Shown here in pieces: positions 39,509 through 50,281 of a stretch of DNA of 64,000 nucleotides. The first letter of the stretch is position 1. Every line of letters begins with the position of its first letter. A program made the position numbers and the translations under genes. The notes under the pieces are model-generated. The model did not search any database. It had not been told where the DNA came from and saw only the letters and a program-made list of their open reading frames with translations. Source of the DNA: a virus; the IMG/VR virus record IMGVR_UViG_3300023181_000002, positions 35,883-99,882 of that record, one strand, 5' to 3'.

Positions 39509-42500
39509 TATATTTTTACGGTTGTGGGTGTTTTCTTATTTAACGAGTCTCTTAAAGCCTGAGCATAGATTTGCGGATAAAGATCGGCCAATTGATTCTG
39601 CTTCTGCGCTCCCGATAATTGTGCTTGCTGCAACTGATCATACGTTGTGCCGGCACCATACTGAGCGTTAAACTGATTACGGTCTGCAATATTCTGAAGT
39701 CCGGCATCCAACAGCCCTACACCAGCCGTTCTCTGTGCGAGTGCCGCTTGTTGATCCTGCGCAAAAATATTCTGATCAAGGGTTAAATCTCCCTGAACTA
39801 CCTTCTGATAATTCGCGTAGTTCTGACGTTGCAACTGATCGCTTTGTAAAGCCGCATTCAATGTGCCTTGATTCTGTTGAGACGAAAGTTGTCCCAATGC
39901 GCCAAGCACTGCTCCCTGAGAAGCACCACCTCCCGCTACCTGCTTGATCGTGTTCACCCCTAACGCGTAATTGTTTTGAAGACCCTGATTTACTGCAGCT
40001 TGTTCTGCGGCTGTAAAACCCTGGTTCTTTCTCGCATACACATCCTGAAGCATGTTTGTATACTCAGTCGTCGGCTTGTAGCGCGGTATCGGATTGTTCA
40101 TCGAAATAACAGCTCCCACACCAGCAGTAGCCAAGTCAGCGATGTTCCCAAAAAGATTTTGTCTTTGAGAAGGTGTCAAGCCTGATTGGTTTGCCGCTAC
40201 AACTGTTGTTGAAGAAGGCGTGCCTGTGTTTACAGCAACAAGATTCTGTAAAGGATTTTGCCCTCCAAAAGAAACCTGATTTACTCCGTTACCATAAGAT
40301 AACGGCGAAGTTTCTGTAACCGGATTTCCTTTGCTATCATAACCCCGTATCGCAGATGCTATTGAAGGTTTATTCGCAGAACCCAGCAAAGGTTGCAAAT
40401 CAAGACCTGTAATTGCTTTCGCAATAGAACCTCCGATATTACCTTTATTCAAAGACTCTACAAAAACCTCTCTTCCGGGGTTTGTTGCATTCCAGTTCGT
40501 TACTGCTGCTGAAGTCTGCGGACCGTACAATCCATCTACCTTAATAGCAGGTAATCCATTCGCAGTAGCCCATTCATTGTAAGAATTTTGAAATTCTTTT
40601 ATATCAGGCTTTGCGCCAGCTCGGGTTTGGTATTTAACCTTACCACCTCCCGCAAAATTATCTTGCTCCATAACCGGCTGTTTGAACTGGTTCGTATTTG
40701 TTTTATATGTATTAGGATTGGACTTTCTAAGTCCCGCTAATCTTCTTTGATAGGCATCCATTGTTTCTCCTGGCAGTGCCGATGGAAGAGATTGCAATGG
40801 TTGCACAACAGGGATTTGCGGTGCTACATAAACAGGCACCTGAATATCTGGCAACACCATTTGAATCTGATCAGTATTCTCAATAGGATCAACATTTGGC
40901 ATTACAACTCTTTGCGGAGCAACCGGTGTCTGTAATCTCTGAGCAAATTGTTCTTTACGTGTTGGAGTAACGGTAGGCACTACTGTCTTTTGTGTCGGCT
41001 GATAAATAACTTGTTGATTTGGCTTTACATTATCATACTTAGCAACAGTTCTTATATCTTGTATAGCTTCTCTTCTTGATGATATTTTGGCAGGTATTAA
41101 TTTTTTATTATCATCAGTCGCGAATACATTTGCCAATTCTTCGGGCTTAATGTCTTTGAAATAATTGGTAACTCCACTCGGTTTGATACTATCTGAATAT
41201 AACTGTTTTGGTATATTTTTATTTATAACTCCTGCCACAAAATCATCTACTTGATTTAAAGTACCTTTACGGGTTAACCCTGTAAGTTGAGGGAAATTAT
41301 GAACAACATTCATTGCTTGCTTCCAAGGATCAGTCTCTTTATGATAATTTCCAGTAGGAAGACTGGGCAATATTTTACTAGCGACATTAAACAAGTTACT
41401 AAGAAGAGTTTCTTTATCCTTCACTTGTCCATTATTGTACCCAGCTTTAATTAAAGCTGCTGTAACCTGATTATAATTATTATAAAGAGCAGCGCTATCA
41501 TTATACGCTCTTATACGAGGATCATTAGGATTGCTCGTTATATATGGCTTTGGTTTAGGCTTACCACCGTCTGCAAAATTTTGATCTCCCTGAAAATCTT
41601 TATGCGTTAAAAGCTCATCGTAGATGTGATCACCCAATAACGCCTTCTTTTTATCCAAGGATAACGGAGATCTCATGATCTGTTCCTGTTTTAAATTACT
41701 TTCCTGATCGAAAATACGCTCTCCAAAGCGCGCTGCACCAATGGAGAGGCTTTTTATCATATGCTCTACAGGAGTGTTTTCTATAGATACTTTTGGAAGC
41801 ATATAGTAATCCTCTGTAGTCTTGTCATTTTTATCGTAAATAATGGCACCGTCAGCAGTCTTCCCTCCGTCAGCGAATCCATTTAAAGTAGGATAGCCAA
41901 ATTTATCATCGATAGCACTTCCGTAAATTGGATTCGGCAACGTTGAAGTACCTACTTGTTTTGTTTTCTTCTGGTCATCGAGCCAGGTTATATTGCTATT
42001 GCCTGAAGCAGGTTCCAAAATAGAATTAGTCTGTCCCATCCCCACCGTGCTGTTCATTTGAAATTGATTCGCATTACCGGGGTTAATCATGTTCTGATTT
42101 TGATTCTGACTGTATTGAGTCAATAAGTTCGTAACATTACTTAACAGTGGATTTTGTTGAGACTGCCCTGCATTCGCTTTCAAGGCATCCAAGAAAGAAG
42201 GTTTCGCTAAAGCACCTACTGCACCGCCAAAACCATTCGAAGTTGCGGCTGCTACAGGGGCTGAGCTAAAACCATTACTCTGCGCAAGATTCCCCCGTAT
42301 TAAACTGTCAAAAGATTTCCCTGCTTCAGAGGTTGTGAAACCGGAGTCTGCCGGCTTAGATGAACTTGCAAAAAGATTGGATGATTTGGCTGCACCTCCG
42401 GCAGCACCAGCTACCTGAGATAATATGTTTATTAAAGCATCATTACCTTCTTCTTTGTTGTTAGTAGCTATACTCTGAATCTGAGTACTTGTTCCTTTTG

Positions 42501-42771
42501 TAAGTTTTTCACTCCATGAATTAAGTCCGGTATTAGCAAGCGAACCTAATTTGTTGCCTAAAATGGCCCCTGCTGGTCCAAGATAGTACCCGCCAACAAG
42601 AGATAATACCGGACTCAAGGCTTTATCAACTACAGAACCGAAAACGTTGGATGTACCGTCAGTATTCTGCCCGGAAATTGCCAAACGCGTTTTGCCCCAC
42701 CAATTACTACTAAAATTTCGTAATCTTGGCTGACTTGTAATCTGAGGGGCTATTGTATTAAATAATGCCAT
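39508..42771 (-). CDS. ejected cargo protein with peptidoglycan-binding domain and FAxGG motifs
   Basis: Gly-zipper N-terminus; IKEFQ...VDGLYGPQT..A PG-binding motif; three FA(D/G)GG. Confidence 0.65.
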   Translation of the reverse strand: MALFNTIAPQITSQPRLRNFSSNWWGKTRLAISGQNTDGTSNVFGSVVDKALSPVLSLVGGYYLGPAGAILGNKLGSLANTGLNSWSEKLTKGTSTQIQSIATNNKEEGNDALINILSQVAGAAGGAAKSSNLFASSSKPADSGFTTSEAGKSFDSLIRGNLAQSNGFSSAPVAAATSNGFGGAVGALAKPSFLDALKANAGQSQQNPLLSNVTNLLTQYSQNQNQNMINPGNANQFQMNSTVGMGQTNSILEPASGNSNITWLDDQKKTKQVGTSTLPNPIYGSAIDDKFGYPTLNGFADGGKTADGAIIYDKNDKTTEDYYMLPKVSIENTPVEHMIKSLSIGAARFGERIFDQESNLKQEQIMRSPLSLDKKKALLGDHIYDELLTHKDFQGDQNFADGGKPKPKPYITSNPNDPRIRAYNDSAALYNNYNQVTAALIKAGYNNGQVKDKETLLSNLFNVASKILPSLPTGNYHKETDPWKQAMNVVHNFPQLTGLTRKGTLNQVDDFVAGVINKNIPKQLYSDSIKPSGVTNYFKDIKPEELANVFATDDNKKLIPAKISSRREAIQDIRTVAKYDNVKPNQQVIYQPTQKTVVPTVTPTRKEQFAQRLQTPVAPQRVVMPNVDPIENTDQIQMVLPDIQVPVYVAPQIPVVQPLQSLPSALPGETMDAYQRRLAGLRKSNPNTYKTNTNQFKQPVMEQDNFAGGGKVKYQTRAGAKPDIKEFQNSYNEWATANGLPAIKVDGLYGPQTSAAVTNWNATNPGREVFVESLNKGNIGGSIAKAITGLDLQPLLGSANKPSIASAIRGYDSKGNPVTETSPLSYGNGVNQVSFGGQNPLQNLVAVNTGTPSSTTVVAANQSGLTPSQRQNLFGNIADLATAGVGAVISMNNPIPRYKPTTEYTNMLQDVYARKNQGFTAAEQAAVNQGLQNNYALGVNTIKQVAGGGASQGAVLGALGQLSSQQNQGTLNAALQSDQLQRQNYANYQKVVQGDLTLDQNIFAQDQQAALAQRTAGVGLLDAGLQNIADRNQFNAQYGAGTTYDQLQQAQLSGAQKQNQLADLYPQIYAQALRDSLNKKTPTTVKI

Positions 42772-43900
42772 CTTCTTGTTTTTTCAAAAGAAATTTCTTG
42801 TTATTATACTTACTAATAAAATCTACATTTAAAATTTCTTCCACATTCCAACCTGCTTGATATCTAAAATACAAAGTGCCCGGTTTAATGTTTAACCTGT
42901 CAGACCACTGAGATATTGTCATTTTTAACCCATTCAACTCTAAAAATATATTATCTCTCTTATTATTAGCTTGCTGTTTTGATGTAGCCCATCTACAATT
43001 ACTCAATTCGTAATTACCATTTACATCAATTCTATCAATGCTATGATTTTTAGATGGAGCGGCACCCATATCTAAATAGAAATTATCAAAAGACTCTAAC
43101 CATCTATCGCAAACACTTATACCTCTATACCCATAATGAATATAACGCTCATCAGAGTCATTATAACACCTTGACTTCATCTTTGACCAAGAAGAATACT
43201 CTTTACTGAAAGACATATTATGTTTAATATTTATAACTTTCATTAAAGCATTTTTGTAGCATCCACATGATTTACAGTCCCCACTAACTATTGAAGCTAT
43301 ATTAGACTCAAATTCCTTACCACATTTACATAAAAATACTGCACGTCTATTGTTATTACTATATCTTTGACTCTCCCTTAAATAAATACAGGAACCTACT
43401 AAATCTCCATGCTTATAATGTATAAATTGAGAAGATCCTCTTTGTTTAGCTTGTACACACCCACAGGAGGTAGTATGCTCTCTTTTGACATTTAATATAA
43501 AGGCCGTAAATTCATTACCACAACGACACCTAAATAAAGCTTTCCTTCTCTTACTATCACCGTCAACATCTTGCAAGAAAACACACTTGTCTCCTAGTGT
43601 TTCACCTGGATAATAAAGGTGATTATAACTCACTCTCCTTCTCTTTGATTCATCAAGTAAACGAGCTTCTATTTTAAAACTTCCAAACTCAGGATTGCAT
43701 TCAAGAACGCCACTTTTTAAAGACTCATACAAAGGAGATTCATCCGTAAACCAATTTTCACCGAATTCAGACACAAACTTATTTCGCTCATCTTTGTCCT
43801 TTATTTGCTTACTAAGTAAATAATCAGAATGTTTAATCAGATTTTTAACTTGATTAACACCTAAGTCTGGATAAGTAATTTTATAAGTAGCTAATATCAT
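42758..43900 (-). CDS. HNH homing endonuclease with extra N-terminal domain
   Basis: Two C.CG...SCGC repeats, W..MK.RC, YG.RGI.VC.RW, HSIDRID.NG.YE..NCRWAT..Q.NN. Confidence 0.9.
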   Translation of the reverse strand: MILATYKITYPDLGVNQVKNLIKHSDYLLSKQIKDKDERNKFVSEFGENWFTDESPLYESLKSGVLECNPEFGSFKIEARLLDESKRRRVSYNHLYYPGETLGDKCVFLQDVDGDSKRRKALFRCRCGNEFTAFILNVKREHTTSCGCVQAKQRGSSQFIHYKHGDLVGSCIYLRESQRYSNNNRRAVFLCKCGKEFESNIASIVSGDCKSCGCYKNALMKVINIKHNMSFSKEYSSWSKMKSRCYNDSDERYIHYGYRGISVCDRWLESFDNFYLDMGAAPSKNHSIDRIDVNGNYELSNCRWATSKQQANNKRDNIFLELNGLKMTISQWSDRLNIKPGTLYFRYQAGWNVEEILNVDFISKYNNKKFLLKKQEDGII

Positions 43901-43911
43901 ATATGTGGTTC

Positions 43912-46900
43912 TTAGTATTGATTCGGAGAATTAATTCGGAACTTAAAATCGCTTGACGTGAAACTTACCTGAGTATTTTTACCGTCAATAAGCTGCAAAG
44001 AATTGTTAACCGTAATACGAACTTTCAAATAAGTGCTCTTCAACCGCTCTTTCTCCATTAGAGGATCAAACTCATTGGATGGTCCTGACAAGAGCGATCC
44101 ACTCCATTTATATCTATAATCATTATGAACAATATTAGCTGCCTCTAATTCTGTAAGAATAACCTCATGGATATTATCCTGAGCTTGGAATAATATTTTA
44201 GAAATCCTTTCCCATCCTTCATAGTTAACATTTAACCATATAGAATCGAATGTTTTCCTGAAATTCGGCGCAGGATTAACAATATATTCCAAAATAGTTT
44301 CTTTAAACTCTCTGTAATAATTGCCATATAAGCCATGATTCGCCAGGAATATCTCGTGATGTAACCCCGATTTAGGACTTGAAGTTAATAAAAATCTACG
44401 AATATTGAAATAAAATGGCGCGATGTCGTACGAATACCCATGGAAGTTACCAGCATCCTTGTTAAAAATTAAAGAAAATGAAGATAGCTCATCTTCACGG
44501 TTGTAATCATTTACCGGATTGCTATTCTGTTGCCCTTCGTAAATGAATGACGTAAGAACTTCATTGTTTTCAGTATCCAAGGCAGAAATCACATCTATAA
44601 ATTGTCCTTCCTGATGCGATATATTTCTGTCAAAATAAATTGACTTTTCAACTACAGGATCAGATATGGAATTAGTGTCAGAAGCTGACTGAATTCCTGC
44701 TTGACTAAATATAACAATCTTACCCATTCTGGCATCAAAAAAGCCAAAATTATCGTTAAACACCCATGCACTATTTTTATGTTGAGTGCCATAGATTTTA
44801 CTCACAGGACGAACACCACCAAACACTGCTCCACTGGAGATTTGTAAAGCACCAGCATCTGTCGCAATAGCCCTGTCTGCTTGAGTAAGCAAAGAGAAAG
44901 TTCCCTTTTCTTGAATTATATAAATGTAATTAAATGCCGGAATTAACCTTTGTATAGCTCCAAACTCCCCTGTAGCGAATCCGTAATCGGATGTTAACTT
45001 TTGACGGAAAGAATCTTCAAGTTCTCCATCAATTTTCTTGGGAGAAAATCTTATAATATTAGGTTGGTAATCAACAATTTTTATCGTACTTGGCTTAGGA
45101 AAATAAAATTTAGTATTCTCCTCTAAAAGAAGGACCTCATTATAAGACCACGACTCAGTCTGCTCAGAATTTATACCATTTGAAAGCTGTATTGCTCCAT
45201 TATCACACGCTACATCCTGTGGGTAAACGCAGTTAGCAGCAAACCTTCTCCCATATAAAAGCGCTAGGTTATAACGGCTTTCATTGGGAATAATATGAGA
45301 AAGTGAATAATTAGGATATTTTCCATTAAATTTAGAACAATCCATATACTCTGGATATAGGCGGACGTAATCAAATAGATTCACGTAACAATCTCCGCCC
45401 CATATCTCAACGCCTGAAAAGACATACGCTGTCAAATTTCCCTGTCCATCAACTTGCTTTTCAGCCTGGTCAAGTATTGCCTGAGTAATTGGCTGGTAAT
45501 GCCCTGTTGAAAAATACCTTCTTGTCTCAAGTGAGCTTTCATCAGCACCTGTGTAATAATTTGGTGGCGTAACAAGCATATTCGCTGTCCGGTATGTAGA
45601 CTTGGAATTACTATCCTCAATCGCATCAACGGATTCAAAATCCTGTAATTTCATAATTACAGAATAAGGTTGCTGAGTAGAAGAGAAAGGACTTGCAGGA
45701 TTTATTATTTCATCAGGATTTACAGATCCATCCTGAAAAGCGGAATTCCAGAACAAAGTTGCCCAAGTGTCTGCCCGGTAGTCATAAATATCAGAAGCTT
45801 CCGGATCGAATTCTGCTTTACTATATATTCCAAATTTTCCTTTTGTATGAAGGAAAGCGAATTTTATACGAGACTTATCTCCTATTTTAGGGCGACCATA
45901 GTTTAATAATGTTAAATATTTAGGCCATGACAACGGCAAGCTTCTATAGCTTTTAGTATAAGCATGGTTCTTTCTGTCTCCCGTAATAGCTTTCTTCTCA
46001 GAGTATGCTTTATGCGCAAAACCTATATGCTGCATCTCACCGGAAAGATATCCTTCAGGCAATGCTTGCTCTATGAGAATATCAGGAGAATGATAATTAA
46101 AATAATGCGCAGCACTTAAACCGTCTTCCTGTCCATCATTATCCTGTTTCTTTTTATAATTTGATCCTAAAGCTCCGCTATAATTGTGACCATTGGGAAC
46201 TGATCCGTTTGCATATTCGGGTCTATATTCGTTAGAATACCAAAGCGTAGGCTGGACAAAACGATCATTATCAGTATCAGTTTTCCCATTACTTGTCGTG
46301 TAGCAATTTATAAGCATACCCTGATTGGCAACTCTTCTTATACGCTCTGTTCTGACAATCTTAAATCCGGAAATGTTCAACTTTCCGAATTTATCATACA
46401 GCAAATTTTTAGGAATAACAATATTCGAGAACACAGCACCCATGGCTTTTAAATCGAACTGCCCATCGTTAGCCTGGCGCGTCAAAGTCCAGTCCGTAGG
46501 ATTACCCTGAGCGTCTTTCGTATCGTACTGCTGAGGAAAGGTATAATCCGTAATATGCTGCACAAACAAAGGATTCCCTTTTCGATCTATAAAAAGCAAT
46601 CCAAAAGGCTGCGTTTCTCCACGGAAATATCCTTTGTAAAGGTGATTGAATAACTGGCCTTTATAATTGGTATAATCGTCAACACAATTATAAACCTCTT
46701 TATTATCTCCAAAATTATTGATTACAAACTCTTCATCATAGGTAAAGGTGTTCGTGATCGGATCATTGTCATTACGCCCTGTAACCGGGTTAAAAACAGC
46801 ACTGAAAGGAGGCTCCAATGTATTATCTGCCCTAAAATATTTTATCTTAGGGGATATTGTTACACTAGACAAGTCAATAGCTAGGTCGGGAAGTGTTCTT

Positions 46901-48033
46901 ATATTAGCATCCCATGTACGTCCCTCCTGTTGTGTGGTTGTCTCTACTTCAAGCTGCGTTTCAAATCGCTGATTTAATTCATCCTGCGTGATACCAATAC
47001 CTGTGTGACCTATCAGATCAACCAATAAAACCGGCGATGTTATATCGTAAATTTTATATTGTGTTGCTTCCTGGAATGCTTTCGAAGATTCGTGATATAC
47101 ATATCCGATAGCGATTTGATCCCAACGCGTATCTATGCCATCAATAATCCACTTCTGCCCCTCCTCTGTCATCACATTGGAGATATTCATCGTCCGGTTG
47201 TGATGATTAGTTTTATAGGCATTATTGTATGTAGTAGCGCCAACAGTAATATCTCCATCAAGTCTTTCTGTCGTAACAAATACTGGACGCGTCAAATGGG
47301 ACCAAACCGAAGAGTGTCCCGTTTTAGAAATGTATTTACATACGAGCTGATATTGCCCGGACTTTAGCTTCCCTGGAATACGCTTCCAGAATTTCATCTT
47401 TGGGAATATCAAATCCATGCGCTCGTCAAAAGCATGAACAGAAAGAGATTTTGGGTAGGTTGATCCCGATGTGCAAGAGTCAACCTGATTATGATATGTA
47501 GTGCCATCTGCTTTATAAAACAGCGGCAGATTAATTACTCTTTTTTGATTATATCCGTCAACCCAATATACCCGGTCAATGAATTCATTCTCGTAGACAT
47601 TAAATCCATGGATATATTTGTCAATGTTAAAATTTAACAAGTCTCCATTCGGGTCGTTTCTGTCATTGAAAAGAGTAGTGTATACAGCATATCCTTCTTT
47701 GTAGACGTTATCATTGACTGTTAAAAATCCAATCTCTGAATTTGTTTTATTCGTGCTGAATATTACAGCACCTTTCGTCGTTTCGATTGATCCTATCGGC
47801 TGATATCCTTCACAAAGAGAAAATGAAAAAGAATTCCCTTTAGCATTTGTAAAAGCGCGGGTCTTTCCATCCTTCACATTCTCATCCAAAGACTTATTTA
47901 CATTGTCTGTTCTGTTATGGCTTAGACGACCACCAATTGCATACCGATACGAACTATTGGGTTGTTCGTGCGGATCAATGTCGGTTAACATCCCATTGAC
48001 AAAAGTATTCGTGAAAGTCTGTGATGTGGCCAT
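43912..48033 (-). CDS. muzzle / tail stabilization protein
   Basis: 1373 aa; NTF..GM.TD, YWVDG.N..R.IN, YFRGE....G, WGGD.Y, YGTQH. Confidence 0.8.
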   Translation of the reverse strand: MATSQTFTNTFVNGMLTDIDPHEQPNSSYRYAIGGRLSHNRTDNVNKSLDENVKDGKTRAFTNAKGNSFSFSLCEGYQPIGSIETTKGAVIFSTNKTNSEIGFLTVNDNVYKEGYAVYTTLFNDRNDPNGDLLNFNIDKYIHGFNVYENEFIDRVYWVDGYNQKRVINLPLFYKADGTTYHNQVDSCTSGSTYPKSLSVHAFDERMDLIFPKMKFWKRIPGKLKSGQYQLVCKYISKTGHSSVWSHLTRPVFVTTERLDGDITVGATTYNNAYKTNHHNRTMNISNVMTEEGQKWIIDGIDTRWDQIAIGYVYHESSKAFQEATQYKIYDITSPVLLVDLIGHTGIGITQDELNQRFETQLEVETTTQQEGRTWDANIRTLPDLAIDLSSVTISPKIKYFRADNTLEPPFSAVFNPVTGRNDNDPITNTFTYDEEFVINNFGDNKEVYNCVDDYTNYKGQLFNHLYKGYFRGETQPFGLLFIDRKGNPLFVQHITDYTFPQQYDTKDAQGNPTDWTLTRQANDGQFDLKAMGAVFSNIVIPKNLLYDKFGKLNISGFKIVRTERIRRVANQGMLINCYTTSNGKTDTDNDRFVQPTLWYSNEYRPEYANGSVPNGHNYSGALGSNYKKKQDNDGQEDGLSAAHYFNYHSPDILIEQALPEGYLSGEMQHIGFAHKAYSEKKAITGDRKNHAYTKSYRSLPLSWPKYLTLLNYGRPKIGDKSRIKFAFLHTKGKFGIYSKAEFDPEASDIYDYRADTWATLFWNSAFQDGSVNPDEIINPASPFSSTQQPYSVIMKLQDFESVDAIEDSNSKSTYRTANMLVTPPNYYTGADESSLETRRYFSTGHYQPITQAILDQAEKQVDGQGNLTAYVFSGVEIWGGDCYVNLFDYVRLYPEYMDCSKFNGKYPNYSLSHIIPNESRYNLALLYGRRFAANCVYPQDVACDNGAIQLSNGINSEQTESWSYNEVLLLEENTKFYFPKPSTIKIVDYQPNIIRFSPKKIDGELEDSFRQKLTSDYGFATGEFGAIQRLIPAFNYIYIIQEKGTFSLLTQADRAIATDAGALQISSGAVFGGVRPVSKIYGTQHKNSAWVFNDNFGFFDARMGKIVIFSQAGIQSASDTNSISDPVVEKSIYFDRNISHQEGQFIDVISALDTENNEVLTSFIYEGQQNSNPVNDYNREDELSSFSLIFNKDAGNFHGYSYDIAPFYFNIRRFLLTSSPKSGLHHEIFLANHGLYGNYYREFKETILEYIVNPAPNFRKTFDSIWLNVNYEGWERISKILFQAQDNIHEVILTELEAANIVHNDYRYKWSGSLLSGPSNEFDPLMEKERLKSTYLKVRITVNNSLQLIDGKNTQVSFTSSDFKFRINSPNQY

Positions 48034-48036
48034 GTA

Positions 48037-48663
48037 CTATCGTAAAAGTCTTGCTGTTCTGTGATCTGTTACCTTTGTCTCGTTTAGATTTCCTCTCGCT
48101 TCAAGTATAGCCTGGTTAGCCTGCTGCTCCATAATACGACGTTCCTGCCACTTAGGGTTTCTTGGATTGTTACTCTGATCCAGAAGCATGTAACTGCAAT
48201 ACTGAAGGCATGCCATATAAGCGATCTCCGGTATGATCAATTCTCCGTCCTCATCCTCGTAAAGATAATGACAGGACATATATGCCTTTCCATGGTTTAC
48301 ATTTGGGAAATACAACTCCAAAGGACTTTCCCTGTAAGCGAGTAACTTTCCAGTATACAACCCCGAACTCACTTTATATCCATCAAAGTCCCTTCTACGG
48401 GAAGTGCTTAGAACATGATTATCAAAATCGTAGTTACGATCAAAAACATTCTCAATAGAAATCACCCGATCCGGAATCCTGTATTTATTCTCCACAATAT
48501 CAATCTCCTCATCAGGATTGTAGCCACAGATTAAATGCATACCGATTCTTCTGAATACATGACGTACACCATCCATCACCCCGATACGAATAGACTCCGC
48601 AGTGGGCATCATGACGGTTTTATTAACCTGAGAAAGAAGATATTCCAGACTATGAGTTCTCAT
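48037..48663 (-). CDS. tail ring protein
   Basis: DEDG...IP...AC..Y motif; synteny before muzzle. Confidence 0.65.
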   Translation of the reverse strand: MRTHSLEYLLSQVNKTVMMPTAESIRIGVMDGVRHVFRRIGMHLICGYNPDEEIDIVENKYRIPDRVISIENVFDRNYDFDNHVLSTSRRRDFDGYKVSSGLYTGKLLAYRESPLELYFPNVNHGKAYMSCHYLYEDEDGELIIPEIAYMACLQYCSYMLLDQSNNPRNPKWQERRIMEQQANQAILEARGNLNETKVTDHRTARLLR

Positions 48664-48666
48664 TGA

Positions 48667-48915
48667 TTATATCTTTTCAAATTCAACTTCGTGTACAAAA
48701 TCATTTACATCCATCAAACCTGTTTTCATTGCTTTAAATAAAGGAGACTCATTCGTGAACCAATTTTCACCAAACTGACTGTAATATTTATCCCTTTCAG
48801 ATTTAACCTTTATCATCTTACCTTTCAAATAATCAGAATGAGTTATCAAATTTTTAATTTGAACTGTATTCGAAGCAGTATATTTTATTTTATAAGTGCC
48901 TAATATCATAATCAA
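48667..48915 (-). CDS. small protein paralogous to the HNH N-terminal domain
   Basis: KNLI.HSDYL..K.IK...ER.K..S.FGENWFT.ESPL shared with 42758..43900. Confidence 0.75.
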   Translation of the reverse strand: MIMILGTYKIKYTASNTVQIKNLITHSDYLKGKMIKVKSERDKYYSQFGENWFTNESPLFKAMKTGLMDVNDFVHEVEFEKI

Positions 48916-49631
48916 GCTGTTTTAGTAGTTACAAACTGATTACCGGCATTCCCATTATTACGAACATCTCTTCCCTGCGCCGTTTGAAGAAGATTCCCTC
49001 CAAGACTTTGCATAACGCGTTCTTTCGTTAATTGTTTGATATGTCCTGGCGCATTCCATCCGATATTCCAAACGTCGAAACATTTACCATTCGTGGCAGT
49101 TGGATCTTCTGGAATACCAATCACAGTAACTTCACACATTAAAGCGTATTTTTTAGGCAATGACACGTAGATTTTACTTCCAAGGATAAAATACACAGGC
49201 TTGTTAATTTGATCACTTGTAGCGTTAATTTCCTGTATACTTGTCATTGGTACGAATTCCATGTTCAAATCAGAATTACCTACGTAGGTAATGAACGGCT
49301 GACTTCTCCATTCATACATCGCAGGTATTGTTGCTGATTTGAATCTCCCTCCTGACTTTGTACATTTACAAACGAAATCCTTGGAGTCTTTTAAAACAAT
49401 ACATGCGAAAGGGGTGATCCTGCTTTGGCTTGGTGTTATGCCTAAAATCTCGTTGGCAATATCCTCCTGCTTTTGAATAAGTGCCGCTGTATGGCGTATC
49501 TCTGTTTCAATTTGTCTTATCGAAAAGCGGTTATCATCCACAGCAATCCCGCCAGACATTTCATTCCGGATTGCGTAAGCCATCCCGCGAAGGGATTCTG
49601 GATTTGTCTTGGGGAATTTAAAACTTGCCAT
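48912..49631 (-). CDS. tail ring protein
   Basis: GG...DD.RFS.RQI, Y......IY, V.V.GI.EDP; TAATG junction favours start 49631. Confidence 0.7.
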   Translation of the reverse strand: MASFKFPKTNPESLRGMAYAIRNEMSGGIAVDDNRFSIRQIETEIRHTAALIQKQEDIANEILGITPSQSRITPFACIVLKDSKDFVCKCTKSGGRFKSATIPAMYEWRSQPFITYVGNSDLNMEFVPMTSIQEINATSDQINKPVYFILGSKIYVSLPKKYALMCEVTVIGIPEDPTATNGKCFDVWNIGWNAPGHIKQLTKERVMQSLGGNLLQTAQGRDVRNNGNAGNQFVTTKTA

Positions 49632-50281
49632 TATGTCGTAAGCCAAAAATCGTTTAAACAGGCCATTACATCAGCCTTTGTTAATATTTCTCTTTCTTGC
49701 ACCAATACGTGATCAAGCCTCTCTTCTGCATCTTTCCTGTTGCCAAGTAAAAGTTTTTGAAGAGCAGCCGCCTCTTTTGCATCCGAAGCAGACTTCCTGT
49801 GATCGAATGGCTGTTTAAGTCCATCCCAAATTCGGTCTATAATAGCAAGGTACTGAATTTTAGATTCTAATACAGGAACCCTGGCAATCTTTGTTACTTT
49901 CTTGCACGCATCAAATATCGCATTGGAAGCTTCGTCACGTTTAAGCTCTATCGGAGTTTTCGGTATAGGTCTTTTATTTGCATCGAGCGCCGGTGGTTGC
50001 GGTGGCTCCGGATAAGGAACTGCTCTTTTAGGGCTTCGCTGATCGGTCTTTGTGACAGGGTCATAGTATTTAGTATTTCCTACTTCTTCCCATACCATTT
50101 CATGACGTTCCTTCGGATTGGTTATCGTCGCGTAAGGGCTTGCAGCCCATCCGTAGAAAACGATGTAATAAATACCATGAATGCCGTATGTATCATAGAT
50201 TTTTTTGAAGGCGTTAACCATCATAATTTGATCCATGATAAATAAAGGCTGTCCGGTTAAAGGGTCAATGTGAACTACCAT
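49631..50281 (-). CDS. conserved crAss-like protein, possible terminase small subunit
   Basis: F.KIY...YIV......SPY N-terminus and helical C-terminus. Confidence 0.4.
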   Translation of the reverse strand: MVVHIDPLTGQPLFIMDQIMMVNAFKKIYDTYGIHGIYYIVFYGWAASPYATITNPKERHEMVWEEVGNTKYYDPVTKTDQRSPKRAVPYPEPPQPPALDANKRPIPKTPIELKRDEASNAIFDACKKVTKIARVPVLESKIQYLAIIDRIWDGLKQPFDHRKSASDAKEAAALQKLLLGNRKDAEERLDHVLVQEREILTKADVMACLNDFWLTT

